NCBI RefSeq assembly: GCF_053078305.1
Contig: NZ_CP166879.1
Direction: 5' to 3' (one strand)
Length of the DNA stretch: 64,000 bases
Positions 47,208 through 61,162 of the stretch are shown here, piece after piece. The notes beneath the pieces are model-generated. The model was given only the letters and a program-made list of their open reading frames with translations, was not told where the DNA came from and did no database searches. Each line of letters begins with the position of its first letter. The first letter of the stretch is position 1. The position numbers were made by a program, and so were the translations under genes.

Positions 47208-48197
47208 ATGCATATTACATACGATCTGCCGGTTGCTATTGATGACATTATTGAAGCGAAACAACGACTGGCTGGGCGAATTTATAAAACAGGCATGCCT
47301 CGCTCCAACTATTTTAGTGAACGTTGCAAAGGTGAAATATTCCTGAAGTTTGAAAATATGCAGCGTACGGGTTCATTTAAAATTCGTGGCGCATTTAATA
47401 AATTAAGTTCACTGACTGATGCGGAAAAACGCAAAGGCGTGGTGGCCTGTTCTGCGGGCAACCATGCGCAAGGGGTTTCGCTCTCCTGCGCGATGCTGGG
47501 TATCGACGGTAAAGTGGTGATGCCAAAAGGCGCGCCGAAATCCAAAGTAGCGGCAACGTGCGACTACTCCGCAGAAGTCGTTCTGCATGGTGATAACTTC
47601 AACGACACTATCGCTAAAGTGAGCGAAATTGTCGAAATGGAAGGCCGTATTTTTATCCCACCTTACGATGATCCGAAAGTGATTGCTGGCCAGGGAACGA
47701 TTGGTCTGGAAATTATGGAAGATCTCTATGATGTCGATAACGTGATTGTGCCAATTGGTGGTGGCGGTTTAATTGCTGGTATTGCGGTGGCAATTAAATC
47801 TATTAACCCGACCATTCGTGTTATTGGCGTACAGTCTGAAAACGTTCACGGCATGGCGGCTTCTTTCCACTCCGGAGAAATAACCACGCACCGAACTACC
47901 GGCACCCTGGCGGATGGTTGTGATGTCTCCCGCCCGGGTAATTTAACTTACGAAATCGTTCGTGAATTAGTCGATGACATCGTGCTGGTCAGCGAAGACG
48001 AAATCAGAAACAGTATGATTGCCTTAATTCAGCGCAATAAAGTCGTCACCGAAGGCGCAGGCGCTCTGGCATGTGCTGCATTATTAAGCGGTAAATTAGA
48101 CCAATATATTCAAAACAGAAAAACCGTCAGTATTATTTCCGGCGGCAATATCGATCTTTCTCGCGTCTCTCAAATCACCGGTTTCGTTGACGCTTAA
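47208..48197 (+). CDS. tdcB: catabolic threonine dehydratase TdcB (PLP), 329 aa
   Basis: ORF recognised. Confidence 0.94.
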
Positions 48198-48215
48198 TTA
48201 ATTCGTTGAGGATAG

Positions 48216-49550
<1,335 letters not shown>

Positions 49551-49575
49551 TCCGTAACTCAGGATGAGAAAAGAG

Positions 49576-50784
49576 ATGAATGAATTTCCGGTTGTTTTGG
49601 TTATTAACTGTGGTTCGTCTTCGATTAAGTTTTCCGTACTCGATGCCAGCGACTGTGAAGTATTAATGTCAGGTATTGCCGACGGTATTAACTCGGAAAA
49701 TGCATTCTTATCCGTAAATGGGGGAGAGCCAGCACCGCTGGCTCACCACAGCTACGAAGGTGCATTGAAGGCAATTGCATTTGAACTGGAAAAACGGAAT
49801 TTAAATGACAGCGTGGCCTTAATTGGCCACCGCATCGCTCACGGCGGCAGTATTTTTACCGAGTCCGCCATTATTACCGATGAAGTCATTGATAATATCC
49901 GTCGCGTTTCTCCACTGGCACCCCTGCATAATTACGCCAATTTAAGTGGTATTGAATCGGCGCAGCAATTATTTCCGGGCGTAACTCAGGTGGCGGTATT
50001 TGATACCAGTTTCCACCAGACGATGGCTCCGGAAGCTTATTTATACGGCCTGCCGTGGAAATATTATGAAGAGTTAGGTGTACGCCGTTATGGTTTCCAC
50101 GGCACGTCGCACCGCTATGTTTCCCAGCGCGCACATTCTTTGCTGAATCTGGCGGAAGATGACTCCGGCCTGGTTGTGGCGCATCTTGGCAATGGCGCGT
50201 CAATCTGCGCAGTTCGCAACGGTCAGAGTGTTGACACCTCAATGGGAATGACGCCGCTGGAAGGCTTGATGATGGGTACCCGCAGTGGCGATGTCGACTT
50301 TGGTGCGATGTCCTGGGTCGCCAGCCAAACCAACCAGAGCCTGGGTGACCTGGAACGCGTAGTGAATAAAGAGTCGGGATTATTAGGTATTTCCGGTCTT
50401 TCTTCGGATTTACGTGTTCTGGAAAAAGCCTGGCATGAAGGTCACGAACGCGCGCAACTGGCAATTAAAACCTTTGTTCACCGAATTGCCCGTCATATTG
50501 CCGGACACGCAGCTTCATTACGTCGGCTGGATGGAATTATATTCACCGGCGGAATAGGAGAGAATTCAAGTTTAATTCGTCGTCTGGTCATGGAACATTT
50601 GGCTGTATTAGGCGTAGAGATTGATACAGAAATGAATAATCGATCTAACTCTTTTGGCGAGCGAATTGTTTCCAGTGAAAATGCGCGTGTCATTTGCGCC
50701 GTTATTCCGACTAACGAAGAAAAAATGATTGCTTTGGATGCCATTCATTTAGGCAAAGTTAACGCGCCCGCAGAATTTGCATAA
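49576..50784 (+). CDS. tdcD: propionate kinase TdcD, 402 aa
   Basis: Start set at [19 protein letters not shown]; acetate kinase family. Confidence 0.92.
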   Translation: MNEFPVVLVINCGSSSIKFSVLDASDCEVLMSGIADGINSENAFLSVNGGEPAPLAHHSYEGALKAIAFELEKRNLNDSVALIGHRIAHGGSIFTESAIITDEVIDNIRRVSPLAPLHNYANLSGIESAQQLFPGVTQVAVFDTSFHQTMAPEAYLYGLPWKYYEELGVRRYGFHGTSHRYVSQRAHSLLNLAEDDSGLVVAHLGNGASICAVRNGQSVDTSMGMTPLEGLMMGTRSGDVDFGAMSWVASQTNQSLGDLERVVNKESGLLGISGLSSDLRVLEKAWHEGHERAQLAIKTFVHRIARHIAGHAASLRRLDGIIFTGGIGENSSLIRRLVMEHLAVLGVEIDTEMNNRSNSFGERIVSSENARVICAVIPTNEEKMIALDAIHLGKVNAPAEFA

Positions 50785-50817
50785 TTTAGTTGAAGTATTG
50801 TAGAGAGATTATTTTTC

Positions 50818-53112
50818 ATGAAGGTAGATATTGATACCAGCGATAAGCTGTACGCCGACGCATGGCTTGGCTTTAAAGGTACGGACTGGAAAAACGAAAT
50901 TAATGTCCGCGATTTTATTCAACATAACTATACACCGTATGAAGGCGATGAATCTTTCCTCGCTGAAGCGACGCCAGCCACCACGGAATTGTGGGAAAAG
51001 GTGATGGAAGGCATTCGTATTGAAAACGCAACCCACGCGCCGGTTGATTTCGATACCAATATTGCCACCACAATTACCGCTCATGATGCGGGATATATTA
51101 ACCAGCCGCTGGAAAAAATTGTTGGCCTGCAAACGGATGCGCCGTTGAAACGTGCGTTACACCCGTTCGGTGGCATTAATATGATTAAAAGTTCATTCCA
51201 CGCCTATGGTCGTGAAATGGACAGTGAATTTGAATATCTGTTTACCGATCTGCGTAAAACCCATAACCAGGGCGTATTTGATGTTTACTCACCGGATATG
51301 CTGCGCTGCCGTAAATCTGGCGTGCTGACCGGTTTACCAGATGGCTATGGCCGTGGGCGCATTATCGGTGACTATCGCCGCGTAGCGCTGTATGGCATCA
51401 GTTATCTGGTGCGTGAACGCGAACTGCAATTTGCCGATCTCCAGTCTCGTCTGGAAAAAGGCGAGGATCTGGAAGCCACCATCCGTCTGCGTGAGGAGCT
51501 GGCAGAGCATCGTCATGCGCTGTTGCAGATTCAGGAAATGGCGGCGAAATATGGCTTTGATATCTCTCGCCCGGCGCAGAATGCGCAGGAAGCGGTGCAG
51601 TGGCTCTACTTCGCTTATCTGGCGGCAGTGAAATCGCAAAATGGCGGCGCGATGTCGCTGGGCCGCACGGCATCGTTCCTCGATATCTACATTGAGCGCG
51701 ACTTTAAAGCTGGCGTACTCAATGAGCAGCAGGCACAGGAACTGATCGATCACTTCATCATGAAGATCCGTATGGTACGCTTCCTGCGTACACCGGAATT
51801 TGATTCGCTGTTCTCCGGCGACCCAATCTGGGCGACGGAAGTGATCGGCGGGATGGGGCTGGACGGTCGTACGCTGGTGACCAAAAACTCCTTCCGCTAT
51901 TTGCACACCCTGCACACTATGGGGCCGGCACCGGAACCTAACCTGACCATTCTTTGGTCGGAAGAATTACCGATTGCCTTCAAAAAATATGCCGCGCAGG
52001 TGTCGATCGTCACCTCTTCCTTGCAGTATGAAAATGACGATCTGATGCGTACTGACTTCAACAGCGACGATTACGCGATTGCCTGCTGCGTCAGCCCAAT
52101 GGTGATTGGTAAGCAAATGCAGTTCTTTGGTGCACGCGCTAACCTGGCGAAAACACTGCTGTACGCAATTAACGGCGGGGTGGACGAGAAGCTGAAGATT
52201 CAGGTCGGGCCGAAAACGGCACCGTTGATGGACGATGTGCTGGATTACGACAAAGTGATGGACAGCCTCGATCACTTCATGGACTGGCTGGCGGTGCAGT
52301 ACATCAGCGCGCTGAATATCATTCACTACATGCACGACAAGTACAGCTACGAAGCTTCGCTGATGGCGCTGCACGATCGTGATGTCTATCGCACCATGGC
52401 GTGCGGCATCGCGGGCCTGTCGGTGGCAACGGACTCCCTGTCTGCGATCAAATATGCCCGCGTGAAACCAATCCGTGACGAAAACGGCCTGGCGGTGGAC
52501 TTTGAAATCGACGGTGAATATCCGCAGTACGGCAACAACGACGAGCGCGTAGACAGCATTGCCTGCGGCCTGGTTGAACGTTTTATGAAGAAAATTAAAG
52601 CGCTGCCAACCTATCGCAACGCCGTCCCTACCCAGTCGATTCTGACTATCACTTCTAACGTGGTGTACGGCCAGAAAACCGGTAATACGCCGGACGGTCG
52701 TCGCGCCGGAACACCGTTCGCGCCGGGCGCTAACCCGATGCATGGTCGTGACCGCAAAGGTGCCGTGGCCTCATTGACGTCGGTGGCGAAACTGCCGTTC
52801 ACCTACGCTAAAGACGGGATCTCGTACACCTTCTCAATCGTCCCTGCGGCGCTGGGCAAAGAAGATCCAGTACGTAAAACCAACCTTGTCGGCCTGCTGG
52901 ATGGGTATTTCCACCACGAAGCGGATGTCGAAGGCGGTCAACACCTCAACGTCAACGTAATGAATCGGGAAATGCTGCTGGATGCCATCGAGCACCCGGA
53001 AAAATATCCTAACCTGACAATCCGTGTCTCTGGCTACGCCGTGCGCTTCAACGCACTGACCCGTGAACAGCAGCAGGATGTTATTTCACGTACCTTTACC
53101 CAGGCGCTCTGA
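50818..53112 (+). CDS. tdcE: 2-ketobutyrate formate-lyase / pyruvate formate-lyase TdcE, 764 aa
   Basis: Glycyl radical enzyme with C-terminal RVSGYAV motif. Confidence 0.94.
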   Translation: MKVDIDTSDKLYADAWLGFKGTDWKNEINVRDFIQHNYTPYEGDESFLAEATPATTELWEKVMEGIRIENATHAPVDFDTNIATTITAHDAGYINQPLEKIVGLQTDAPLKRALHPFGGINMIKSSFHAYGREMDSEFEYLFTDLRKTHNQGVFDVYSPDMLRCRKSGVLTGLPDGYGRGRIIGDYRRVALYGISYLVRERELQFADLQSRLEKGEDLEATIRLREELAEHRHALLQIQEMAAKYGFDISRPAQNAQEAVQWLYFAYLAAVKSQNGGAMSLGRTASFLDIYIERDFKAGVLNEQQAQELIDHFIMKIRMVRFLRTPEFDSLFSGDPIWATEVIGGMGLDGRTLVTKNSFRYLHTLHTMGPAPEPNLTILWSEELPIAFKKYAAQVSIVTSSLQYENDDLMRTDFNSDDYAIACCVSPMVIGKQMQFFGARANLAKTLLYAINGGVDEKLKIQVGPKTAPLMDDVLDYDKVMDSLDHFMDWLAVQYISALNIIHYMHDKYSYEASLMALHDRDVYRTMACGIAGLSVATDSLSAIKYARVKPIRDENGLAVDFEIDGEYPQYGNNDERVDSIACGLVERFMKKIKALPTYRNAVPTQSILTITSNVVYGQKTGNTPDGRRAGTPFAPGANPMHGRDRKGAVASLTSVAKLPFTYAKDGISYTFSIVPAALGKEDPVRKTNLVGLLDGYFHHEADVEGGQHLNVNVMNREMLLDAIEHPEKYPNLTIRVSGYAVRFNALTREQQQDVISRTFTQAL

Positions 53113-53125
53113 CGCCGGAGGATGT

Positions 53126-53515
53126 ATGAAAAAGATTATCGAAACGCAACGTGCCCCAGGCGCAATCGGCCCTTATGTTCAAGGCGTTGATTTAGGCAGC
53201 ATGGTCTTCACCTCCGGTCAAATTCCGGTTTGCCCACAGACCGGTGAGATCCCGGCTGATGTGCAAGATCAGGCGCGTTTAAGCCTCGAAAACGTCAAAG
53301 CGATCGTGGTTGCTGCCGGGCTGAGCGTGGGCGATATCATCAAGATGACCGTGTTCATCACCGATCTGAATGATTTTGCCACCATCAACGAAGTCTATAA
53401 GCAGTTCTTCGATGAGCATCAGGCGACCTATCCGACCCGGAGCTGTGTACAGGTCGCGCGTTTGCCGAAAGATGTGAAGCTGGAAATTGAAGCTATCGCA
53501 GTACGTAGTGCGTAA
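53126..53515 (+). CDS. tdcF: RidA-family enamine/imine deaminase TdcF, 129 aa
   Basis: Start set at MKKIIETQRAPGAIGPY. Confidence 0.92.
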   Translation: MKKIIETQRAPGAIGPYVQGVDLGSMVFTSGQIPVCPQTGEIPADVQDQARLSLENVKAIVVAAGLSVGDIIKMTVFITDLNDFATINEVYKQFFDEHQATYPTRSCVQVARLPKDVKLEIEAIAVRSA

Positions 53516-53586
53516 AGCCTCGTGAGCGGGACGGTCGTAAGGTCGTTCCGCTCCACTTCACTGAACGGCAATCCGAGGGTGTGGAT

Positions 53587-54951
53587 ATGATTAGTGCATT
53601 CGATATTTTCAAAATTGGGATTGGTCCCTCCAGTTCGCATACCGTGGGGCCAATGAATGCCGGAAAAAGTTTTATTGATCGGCTGGAAAGTAGCGGCTTA
53701 TTAACCGCGACGAGCCATATTGTGGTCGATCTGTACGGGTCGTTGTCACTGACGGGCAAAGGCCATGCCACGGATGTCGCCATCATCATGGGACTGGCAG
53801 GAAACAGTCCGCAGGATGTTGTCATTGATGAGATCCCTGCATTTATAGAGTTAGTAACGCGCAGCGGGCGGCTGCCAGTGGCATCTGGTGCGCATATTGT
53901 TGATTTTCCTGTAGCAAAGAACATTATCTTCCATCCCGAAATGTTGCCTCGCCATGAGAACGGAATGCGGATCACTGCCTGGAAGGCACAGGAAGAGCTA
54001 TTAAGTAAAACCTATTACTCTGTCGGCGGCGGGTTTATTGTCGAAGAAGAACAGTTCGGCCTGTCGCACGATGTCGAAACGTCCGTACCTTACGATTTCC
54101 ACTCAGCAGGTGAACTGCTGAAAATGTGTGATTACAACGGCCTGTCTATTTCTGGCCTGATGATGCACAACGAGCTAGCGCTGCGCAGTAAAGCGGAAAT
54201 TGACGCCGGTTTTGCCCGTATCTGGCAAGTGATGCATGACGGTATTGAACGCGGGATGAACACTGAAGGCGTGCTGCCTGGTCCGCTCAATGTGCCGCGC
54301 CGTGCCGTAGCGCTGCGTCGTCAGCTGGTTTCCAGCGATAACATCTCTAACGATCCGATGAATGTCATCGACTGGATCAACATGTACGCGCTGGCGGTTA
54401 GTGAAGAAAACGCAGCTGGCGGGCGCGTGGTAACGGCACCGACTAACGGTGCGTGCGGCATTATTCCGGCAGTGCTGGCTTATTACGATAAGTTCCGTCG
54501 TCCGGTAAACGAGCGGTCAATTGCCCGCTATTTTCTTGCAGCCGGGGCTATTGGCGCGCTGTATAAAATGAACGCCTCCATCTCTGGCGCGGAGGTCGGC
54601 TGTCAGGGGGAGATTGGCGTGGCCTGTTCAATGGCGGCGGCAGGGTTAACTGAACTACTGGGCGGCAGTCCGGCGCAGGTATGCAATGCGGCGGAAATCG
54701 CGATGGAGCATAACCTTGGACTGACCTGCGATCCGGTTGCCGGACAGGTACAAATCCCGTGCATTGAACGTAATGCCATTAATGCCGTGAAAGCAGTAAA
54801 CGCCGCGCGGATGGCGATGCGCCGCACCTCGGCACCGCGTGTTTCACTCGATAAAGTGATCGAGACGATGTATGAAACCGGCAAAGATATGAACGATAAA
54901 TACCGCGAAACATCACGCGGAGGACTGGCCATTAAAGTGGTCTGCGGCTGA
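53587..54951 (+). CDS. tdcG: L-serine dehydratase 3 TdcG, 454 aa
   Basis: Start set at [19 protein letters not shown]. Confidence 0.92.
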   Translation: MISAFDIFKIGIGPSSSHTVGPMNAGKSFIDRLESSGLLTATSHIVVDLYGSLSLTGKGHATDVAIIMGLAGNSPQDVVIDEIPAFIELVTRSGRLPVASGAHIVDFPVAKNIIFHPEMLPRHENGMRITAWKAQEELLSKTYYSVGGGFIVEEEQFGLSHDVETSVPYDFHSAGELLKMCDYNGLSISGLMMHNELALRSKAEIDAGFARIWQVMHDGIERGMNTEGVLPGPLNVPRRAVALRRQLVSSDNISNDPMNVIDWINMYALAVSEENAAGGRVVTAPTNGACGIIPAVLAYYDKFRRPVNERSIARYFLAAGAIGALYKMNASISGAEVGCQGEIGVACSMAAAGLTELLGGSPAQVCNAAEIAMEHNLGLTCDPVAGQVQIPCIERNAINAVKAVNAARMAMRRTSAPRVSLDKVIETMYETGKDMNDKYRETSRGGLAIKVVCG

Positions 54952-54975
54952 CATTGCTGTCAGCTTTCATCCTTG

Positions 54976-55001
54976 GGTGCACAAATGTGCACCTTTTTTT
55001 T
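54976..55001 (+). terminator. intrinsic terminator after tdcG
   Basis: Stem ggtgcaca / tgtgcacc with short loop followed by T8. Confidence 0.75.
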
Positions 55002-55225
55002 GTGATCTGCCGCAAATAGAGAATGAATATTCTCTTGCGATTAATTTAGTAGAAAATTCTTATCCATCTCCGTTATTTCAAAGTCTTGATTGTGAAGATT
55101 TTCTCTGACCTCGCGCGTATCATTTCTTTATTCTAATAACTCGCCTGCAAAAACGTAGACCGCATATCGCCTTGATGCGGCTCGGAAAAAAATAATAAGC
55201 CCTACAAAATATTGAGCGAGAAATT

Positions 55226-56557
55226 ATGGAAATTGCATCGAATAAAGGCGTCATTGCAGACGCTTCGACCCCGGCGGGTCGTGCTGGAATGAGTGAGAGC
55301 GAGTGGCGAGAAGCGATCAAATTCGACAGTACTGACACCGGCTGGGTGATTATGAGTATCGGGATGGCGATTGGCGCGGGGATTGTTTTTCTCCCGGTGC
55401 AGGTCGGTTTGATGGGATTGTGGGTATTTTTGCTCTCATCGGTGATTGGTTACCCGGCAATGTATCTGTTTCAGCGGTTGTTTATTAATACGCTGGCAGA
55501 ATCACCAGAATGTAAAGATTACCCGAGTGTCATTAGCGGTTATTTAGGTAAAAACTGGGGCATCCTGTTAGGTGCGCTCTATTTCGTAATGCTGGTGATT
55601 TGGATGTTCGTCTATTCCACCGCCATCACCAACGATAGTGCTTCCTACCTGCATACCTTCGGCGTGACGGAAGGGTTGCTGTCAGACAGTCCCTTTTATG
55701 GTCTGGTACTGATTTGCATTCTGGTGGCGATCTCCTCACGCGGCGAGAAATTGTTATTCAAAATTTCGACCGGCATGGTGCTGACCAAGCTGCTGGTGGT
55801 CGCGGCGCTGGGCGTGTCGATGGTGGGAATGTGGCATCTGTATAACGTCGGTTCGCTACCGCCGCTGGGGCTGCTGGTGAAAAACGCCATTATTACGCTG
55901 CCGTTTACCCTGACGTCGATTCTGTTTATCCAGACGTTAAGCCCGATGGTGATCTCTTATCGCTCGCGGGAAAAATCAATTGAAGTGGCGCGGCATAAAG
56001 CATTGCGGGCAATGAATATCGCGTTTGGCATTTTGTTTGTCACCGTCTTTTTCTACGCCGTGTCGTTCACGCTGGCGATGGGACATGACGAAGCGGTAAA
56101 AGCCTACGAGCAGAATATTTCCGCGCTGGCGATTGCCGCACAGTTTATTAGCGGTGACGGCGCAGCGTGGGTGAAAGTGGTCAGCGTCATTCTCAATATC
56201 TTTGCTGTCATGACTGCATTCTTTGGCGTCTATTTAGGCTTTCGCGAAGCAACGCAAGGGATCGTAATGAACATCCTGCGTCGCAAGATGCCTGCCGAGA
56301 AGATTAACGAAAATCTTGTTCAGCGCGGCATCATGATTTTCGCCATTTTGCTGGCCTGGAGCGCCATCGTACTGAACGCACCGGTGTTGAGCTTCACCTC
56401 TATCTGTAGCCCGATTTTCGGCATGGTAGGGTGCCTGATCCCGGCGTGGCTGGTTTACAAAGTACCGGCATTGCACAAATACAAAGGGATGTCTCTGTAC
56501 CTGATTATCGTCACTGGTTTGTTGCTTTGTGTTTCTCCGTTCCTGGCATTTTCTTGA
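55226..56557 (+). CDS. cyuP: cysteine/serine transporter CyuP (YhaO), 443 aa
   Basis: ORF recognised. Confidence 0.9.
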   Translation: MEIASNKGVIADASTPAGRAGMSESEWREAIKFDSTDTGWVIMSIGMAIGAGIVFLPVQVGLMGLWVFLLSSVIGYPAMYLFQRLFINTLAESPECKDYPSVISGYLGKNWGILLGALYFVMLVIWMFVYSTAITNDSASYLHTFGVTEGLLSDSPFYGLVLICILVAISSRGEKLLFKISTGMVLTKLLVVAALGVSMVGMWHLYNVGSLPPLGLLVKNAIITLPFTLTSILFIQTLSPMVISYRSREKSIEVARHKALRAMNIAFGILFVTVFFYAVSFTLAMGHDEAVKAYEQNISALAIAAQFISGDGAAWVKVVSVILNIFAVMTAFFGVYLGFREATQGIVMNILRRKMPAEKINENLVQRGIMIFAILLAWSAIVLNAPVLSFTSICSPIFGMVGCLIPAWLVYKVPALHKYKGMSLYLIIVTGLLLCVSPFLAFS

Positions 56558-56584
56558 TTTACCTGAAATTTTAAGGTTTTTAAT

Positions 56585-57895
56585 ATGTTTGATTCGACTT
56601 TAAATCCGTTATGGCAGCGTTACATCCTCGCCGTTCAGGAGGAAGTAAAACCGGCGCTGGGATGTACTGAACCGATTTCACTGGCGCTGGCGGCGGCGGT
56701 TGCTGCGGCAGAACTGGAAGGTCCGGTTGAACGTGTAGAAGCCTGGGTTTCGCCAAATCTGATGAAGAACGGTCTGGGCGTCACCGTTCCCGGCACGGGA
56801 ATGGTGGGGCTGCCGATTGCGGCGGCGCTGGGGGCGTTAGGTGGAAATGCCAACGCCGGGCTGGAAGTGCTGAAAGACGCAACTGCGCAGGCAATTGCCG
56901 ATGCCAAAGCACTGCTGGCGGCGGGGAAAGTCTCCGTTAAGATCCAGGAACCTTGCAATGAAATCCTCTTCTCACGCGCCAAAGTCTGGAACGGTGAGAA
57001 GTGGGCGTGTGTCACCATCGTCGGCGGGCATACCAACATTGTGCATATTGAGACGCACGATGGTGTGGTGTTTACCCAGCAGGCGTGTGTGGTAGAGGGC
57101 GAGCAAGAGTCTCCGCTGACGGTGCTTTCCAGAACGACGCTGGCTGAGATCCTGAAGTTCGTCAATGAAGTCCCGTTTGCGGCGATCCGCTTTATTCTCG
57201 ATTCCGCGAAGCTAAATTGCGCGTTATCGCAGGAAGGTTTGAGCGGTAAGTGGGGGCTGCATATTGGCGCGACGCTGGAAAAACAGTGCGCGCGCGGTTT
57301 GCTGGCGAAAGATCTCTCTTCATCCATTGTGATTCGTACCAGCGCGGCATCCGATGCGCGTATGGGCGGCGCTACGCTTCCGGCTATGAGTAACTCCGGC
57401 TCGGGTAACCAGGGGATCACCGCAACAATGCCTGTGGTGGTGGTAGCAGAACACTTCGGAGCGGATGATGAACGGCTGGCGCGTGCGCTGATGCTTTCTC
57501 ATTTGAGCGCAATTTACATCCATAACCAGTTACCGCGTTTGTCTGCGCTGTGTGCCGCAACGACCGCAGCAATGGGGGCCGCCGCCGGGATGGCATGGCT
57601 GGTGGATGGGCGTTATGAAACCATCTCGATGGCGATCAGCAGTATGATCGGCGATGTCAGCGGCATGATTTGCGATGGTGCGTCGAACAGCTGCGCGATG
57701 AAGGTTTCGACCAGTGCTTCGGCTGCGTGGAAAGCGGTGTTAATGGCGCTGGATGATACCGCCGTGACCGGCAATGAAGGGATTGTGGCGCATGATGTTG
57801 AGCAGTCGATTGCCAACCTGTGTGCATTAGCAAGCCATTCGATGCAGCAAACGGATCGGCAGATTATCGAGATTATGGCGAGCAAGGCCAGATAA
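56585..57895 (+). CDS. cyuA: L-cysteine desulfidase CyuA (YhaM), 436 aa
   Basis: ORF recognised. Confidence 0.9.
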   Translation: MFDSTLNPLWQRYILAVQEEVKPALGCTEPISLALAAAVAAAELEGPVERVEAWVSPNLMKNGLGVTVPGTGMVGLPIAAALGALGGNANAGLEVLKDATAQAIADAKALLAAGKVSVKIQEPCNEILFSRAKVWNGEKWACVTIVGGHTNIVHIETHDGVVFTQQACVVEGEQESPLTVLSRTTLAEILKFVNEVPFAAIRFILDSAKLNCALSQEGLSGKWGLHIGATLEKQCARGLLAKDLSSSIVIRTSAASDARMGGATLPAMSNSGSGNQGITATMPVVVVAEHFGADDERLARALMLSHLSAIYIHNQLPRLSALCAATTAAMGAAAGMAWLVDGRYETISMAISSMIGDVSGMICDGASNSCAMKVSTSASAAWKAVLMALDDTAVTGNEGIVAHDVEQSIANLCALASHSMQQTDRQIIEIMASKAR

Positions 57896-57914
57896 ACGCC
57901 AGGTTTTGGGTATC

Positions 57915-58022
57915 GTGCCGGATGCGATGCTGGCGCATCTTATCCGGCCTACGGGTTGTTTAATTCGTTAATGTTGTTGGATTTTGTAGGCCGGATAAGG
58001 CGTTTTCGCCGCATCCGGCAAC
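57915..58022. repeat. REP/BIME element cluster
   Basis: gccggatgcgatgctggcgcatcttatccggcctac and taggccggataaggcgttttcgccgcatccggca. Confidence 0.75.
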
Positions 58023-58028
58023 CTGTCT

Positions 58029-58193
58029 TTACGCGGTAGCTTCATCCTCGGCTAAACGCGTTTCAGCATCCGCGACGATGGCTTCCAGCTCGCTCAACAT
58101 CTCTTCATAGCCAAAATTTTTGGCGGTGCGAGCAGGTTCTTTCACCACCACGGGCTTCACTGGCTGGCGCTTTTTGGCCGATTTTTTACTCAT
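58029..58193 (-). CDS. yhaL: small protein YhaL, 54 aa
   Basis: Short ORF absent from the 60-aa-minimum track; translation MSKKSAKKRQPVKPVVVKEPARTAKNFGYEEMLSELEAIVADAETRLAEDEATA; start among three in-frame ATGs uncertain. Confidence 0.6.
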   Translation of the reverse strand: MSKKSAKKRQPVKPVVVKEPARTAKNFGYEEMLSELEAIVADAETRLAEDEATA

Positions 58194-58215
58194 CATCATC
58201 TCCCTGTAAAAACAA

Positions 58216-58917
58216 CTAGACAGGCAAATCTATCAGCAAAGCGCGCAGTGGGGAATCGGCAACCAGCGTAATGTTAGCCTCGTCACGAATAAACGCCCCA
58301 TCACCGCAGGTCAGCGCCGCTTTCTCTTCATGATGCGTAATCGCATGAAATTTCCCGTGAATCGATTGCAAATACGCGCGTGGTCCATGCAACTGGAAAT
58401 TCGCACTTTCGCCTTTGTCGAGCACGATATGGTGCAGCCATACTTGCTGGCGTAATTGCAGGCTTCCCATCGCACCCTCTGGCGAGGCGATTAATTGCTG
58501 CTTGCCCATATTAAGCGCCAGCTTTTGAATCAGCGGATTCTCTCGCTGCGGGCAGGCGTCCAGCCAAAGCTGCATTCGTGTTAACGGTTTGTCTTTGCTG
58601 AGATTGTGTTCGCTATAGCTGACACCCGGCTGGGTAGAGAGCAGCAACGCCTCTCCGGCGCTGGCCTGAACATGATTGCCTTCGCTGTCGCGATACTCTG
58701 CTTCTCCATCCAGAATCACATTTAAAATATCGACTTTGGGATAGGTTCGCGGCTGAAAGGCGGCACCTGGGGCCAGCACTTCCTGGTTAAGCACACGCAG
58801 GGAGGCATAGCCTAACAATTTCGGGTCGAAGTAGTGTCCAAAGGAAAAAGTATACCGGGCCTGCAACCATCCGTAGTCTGCTTGTCCACACTGCCTGGCA
58901 GTTCGGGTAGTAATCAT
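58216..58917 (-). CDS. yhaK: pirin-like bicupin protein YhaK, 233 aa
   Basis: ORF recognised. Confidence 0.9.
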   Translation of the reverse strand: MITTRTARQCGQADYGWLQARYTFSFGHYFDPKLLGYASLRVLNQEVLAPGAAFQPRTYPKVDILNVILDGEAEYRDSEGNHVQASAGEALLLSTQPGVSYSEHNLSKDKPLTRMQLWLDACPQRENPLIQKLALNMGKQQLIASPEGAMGSLQLRQQVWLHHIVLDKGESANFQLHGPRAYLQSIHGKFHAITHHEEKAALTCGDGAFIRDEANITLVADSPLRALLIDLPV

Positions 58918-59021
58918 AATTCTTGACCTCTCTTTACTTCCTTTTATGGTAAGGGGCTGGACGCTACATTGTTAGCCAGATATTCTGCCCGGTATGTTCA
59001 AATTTCCTGAATGAGAACGAA

Positions 59022-59918
59022 ATGGCCAAAGAAAGGGCATTAACGCTGGAAGCACTACGGGTTATGGATGCGATCGATCGCCGGGGCAGTTTTGCGGCGG
59101 CAGCGGATGAGCTGGGACGCGTGCCTTCCGCACTTAGCTACACCATGCAAAAACTGGAAGAAGAGCTGGATGTGGTGCTGTTTGACCGCTCGGGCCATCG
59201 CACCAAATTCACCAATGTCGGGAGGATGTTGTTGGAGCGAGGGCGCGTTTTGCTGGAAGCCGCAGATAAACTGACTACTGATGCGGAAGCTCTCGCGCGC
59301 GGTTGGGAAACGCATCTCACCATTGTGACCGAAGCGCTGGTACCGACACCTGCCTTTTTCCCGTTAATCGACAAACTGGCGGCAAAAGCCAATACCCAAC
59401 TGGCAATCATCACAGAAGTGCTGGCGGGGGCGTGGGAACGGCTGGAGCAGGGGCGGGCGGATATTGTTATCGCGCCGGATATGCATTTTCGTTCCTCGTC
59501 GGAGATCAACTCGCGCAAGCTCTATACGTTAATGAACGTCTACGTTGCCGCGCCTGATCACCCGATTCATCAGGAGCCGGAACCGTTATCTGAAGTGACG
59601 CGTGTGAAATATCGTGGAATTGCGGTGGCGGATACCGCTCGTGAGCGCCCGGTGTTGACTGTACAGCTGCTGGACAAACAGCCGCGCTTAACGGTGAGCA
59701 CGATTGAAGATAAACGTCAGGCATTACTGGCGGGGCTTGGCGTGGCGACGATGCCGTATCCGATGGTCGAAAAAGATATTGCGGAAGGGCGGTTGCGTGT
59801 CGTCAGCCCGGAATCGACCAGCGAGATCGATATTATTATGGCCTGGCGTCGTGACAGTATGGGGGAAGCGAAATCCTGGTGTCTGCGGGAAATTCCCAAA
59901 CTTTTTAACGGAAAATAA
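59022..59918 (+). CDS. yhaJ: LysR-family transcriptional regulator YhaJ, 298 aa
   Basis: ORF recognised; divergent from yhaK. Confidence 0.9.
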   Translation: MAKERALTLEALRVMDAIDRRGSFAAAADELGRVPSALSYTMQKLEEELDVVLFDRSGHRTKFTNVGRMLLERGRVLLEAADKLTTDAEALARGWETHLTIVTEALVPTPAFFPLIDKLAAKANTQLAIITEVLAGAWERLEQGRADIVIAPDMHFRSSSEINSRKLYTLMNVYVAAPDHPIHQEPEPLSEVTRVKYRGIAVADTARERPVLTVQLLDKQPRLTVSTIEDKRQALLAGLGVATMPYPMVEKDIAEGRLRVVSPESTSEIDIIMAWRRDSMGEAKSWCLREIPKLFNGK

Positions 59919-59935
59919 TATTTATTATTGTTAAT

Positions 59936-59958
59936 AAAAAGGGGCGAAATATCGCCCC
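59936..59958 (-). terminator. intrinsic terminator downstream of yhaI
   Basis: Stem ggggcga / tcgcccc with 4-nt loop; U-run on the minus-strand transcript. Confidence 0.65.
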
Positions 59959-59968
59959 AATTCTAAGA

Positions 59969-60325
59969 TTAATTTGAACCAAACTTCGGATCGTTTCCGT
60001 AACGATTGCTGCCAGAAGTACCTTCTGTGCAGAAAAAAACCAGAAGCACGAGCCAGCCAATAAACGGAACAAAAAAGAGCAAGGCCCAGGCACCTGAACG
60101 GTCGGTATCGTGTAAGCGACGGATAGCAAGCGCAAGGACGGGAAGGAAGGTTGCCAGCAAATAAAGCATAGACAGATATGGAAGCTCCAGACCTAAAATC
60201 AATTGAATGACATTGATAATAGCGCCGACGATGGCGTTAATCAGAGTAAACATCCAGTACTCTTTACGACGTGCGCGACCAGAGAAACCAACATAATTTT
60301 TTAATACGGATAAATACCACTGCAT
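59969..60325 (-). CDS. yhaI: DUF805 inner membrane protein YhaI, 118 aa
   Basis: ORF recognised; paralogous to yhaH. Confidence 0.87.
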   Translation of the reverse strand: MQWYLSVLKNYVGFSGRARRKEYWMFTLINAIVGAIINVIQLILGLELPYLSMLYLLATFLPVLALAIRRLHDTDRSGAWALLFFVPFIGWLVLLVFFCTEGTSGSNRYGNDPKFGSN

Positions 60326-60525
60326 AAAAACATCCCTTTAATTAAAAGTGACGAAAGTCTATTCCGGGTATTGTGTAAATGCTATTCGTATCTTTCTTTT
60401 TCGGATGTTATAAAGGTTTTGATATTTAAGATAAATACATGGTTATTTTTTATAGGTAATTTATATAACGACATTGAAATATTTTAAATAAACATTAGTA
60501 AATTATTCATTCATCAACATGATGA

Positions 60526-60553
60526 TAAAAGCCGGATGAGTCAGACATCCGGC
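60526..60553 (-). terminator. intrinsic terminator downstream of yhaH
   Basis: Perfect 8-bp stem gccggatg / catccggc with 7-nt loop, followed by a U-run on the minus strand. Confidence 0.7.
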
Positions 60554-60566
60554 GAGCAGATTTGTT

Positions 60567-60932
60567 TTAAGGTTCCAGTTTTGGATCAGGTCCAAAGCGG
60601 TTTTCGCCTGGCGTACCCGCCTGGCAGTTAAAGACGATGATAATAAGCCAGCCGATAAACGGGATTAAGAATAGCAGTGCCCACCACGCCGAGCGGTCGG
60701 TGTCGTGCAGGCGGCGGAACTGAACTGCCCACCACGGTAAAAACACCAGAATACCGTAGATTGTCGTCAGGATGCCTTCGCCACCAGCGCGTTGCCAGCC
60801 TAACATTTTATCCAGCAGCCCCAGCACGAACGTAAAGATGATGTTGACCAGAATAAACATCCAGTACTCTTTGCGCCGCGCACGACCCCGGAAACCGACA
60901 TAATTTTTTAGTACTTTCAGATACCAGTCCAT
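60567..60932 (-). CDS. yhaH: DUF805 inner membrane protein YhaH, 121 aa
   Basis: Start set at MDWYLKVLKNYVGF. Confidence 0.87.
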   Translation of the reverse strand: MDWYLKVLKNYVGFRGRARRKEYWMFILVNIIFTFVLGLLDKMLGWQRAGGEGILTTIYGILVFLPWWAVQFRRLHDTDRSAWWALLFLIPFIGWLIIIVFNCQAGTPGENRFGPDPKLEP

Positions 60933-61061
60933 TTTTGCCTCAATTTTGCTCAATCACTTGTTTTTAAAGCAGCAAATTAAGAATAGACGTGAATGAAATG
61001 GCAGTAAATATTATCGCGATGAATTAATAAGGAGCTGTGAAGGATAAGGGCAAGCGCAAAA

Positions 61062-61162
61062 TCGCCAGATGCGCTACGCTTATCTGGCCTGCGCGGCCTT
61101 TGCAACATATTGAATATAAAAGTTTTGTAGGTTTGATAAGGCGTTCATGCCGCATCCGACAT
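61062..61162. repeat. REP-like palindromic element cluster
   Basis: cgccagatgcgctacgcttatctggcctgcgcggcc and gataaggcgttcatgccgcatccgacatg. Confidence 0.65.

Noticed and set aside
51967-52743. 258-aa minus-strand ORF inside tdcE, and a similar 261-aa ORF (56635-57420) inside cyuA
   Set aside because: Both lie entirely within well-supported sense-strand genes and have no recognisable protein features; treated as spurious.
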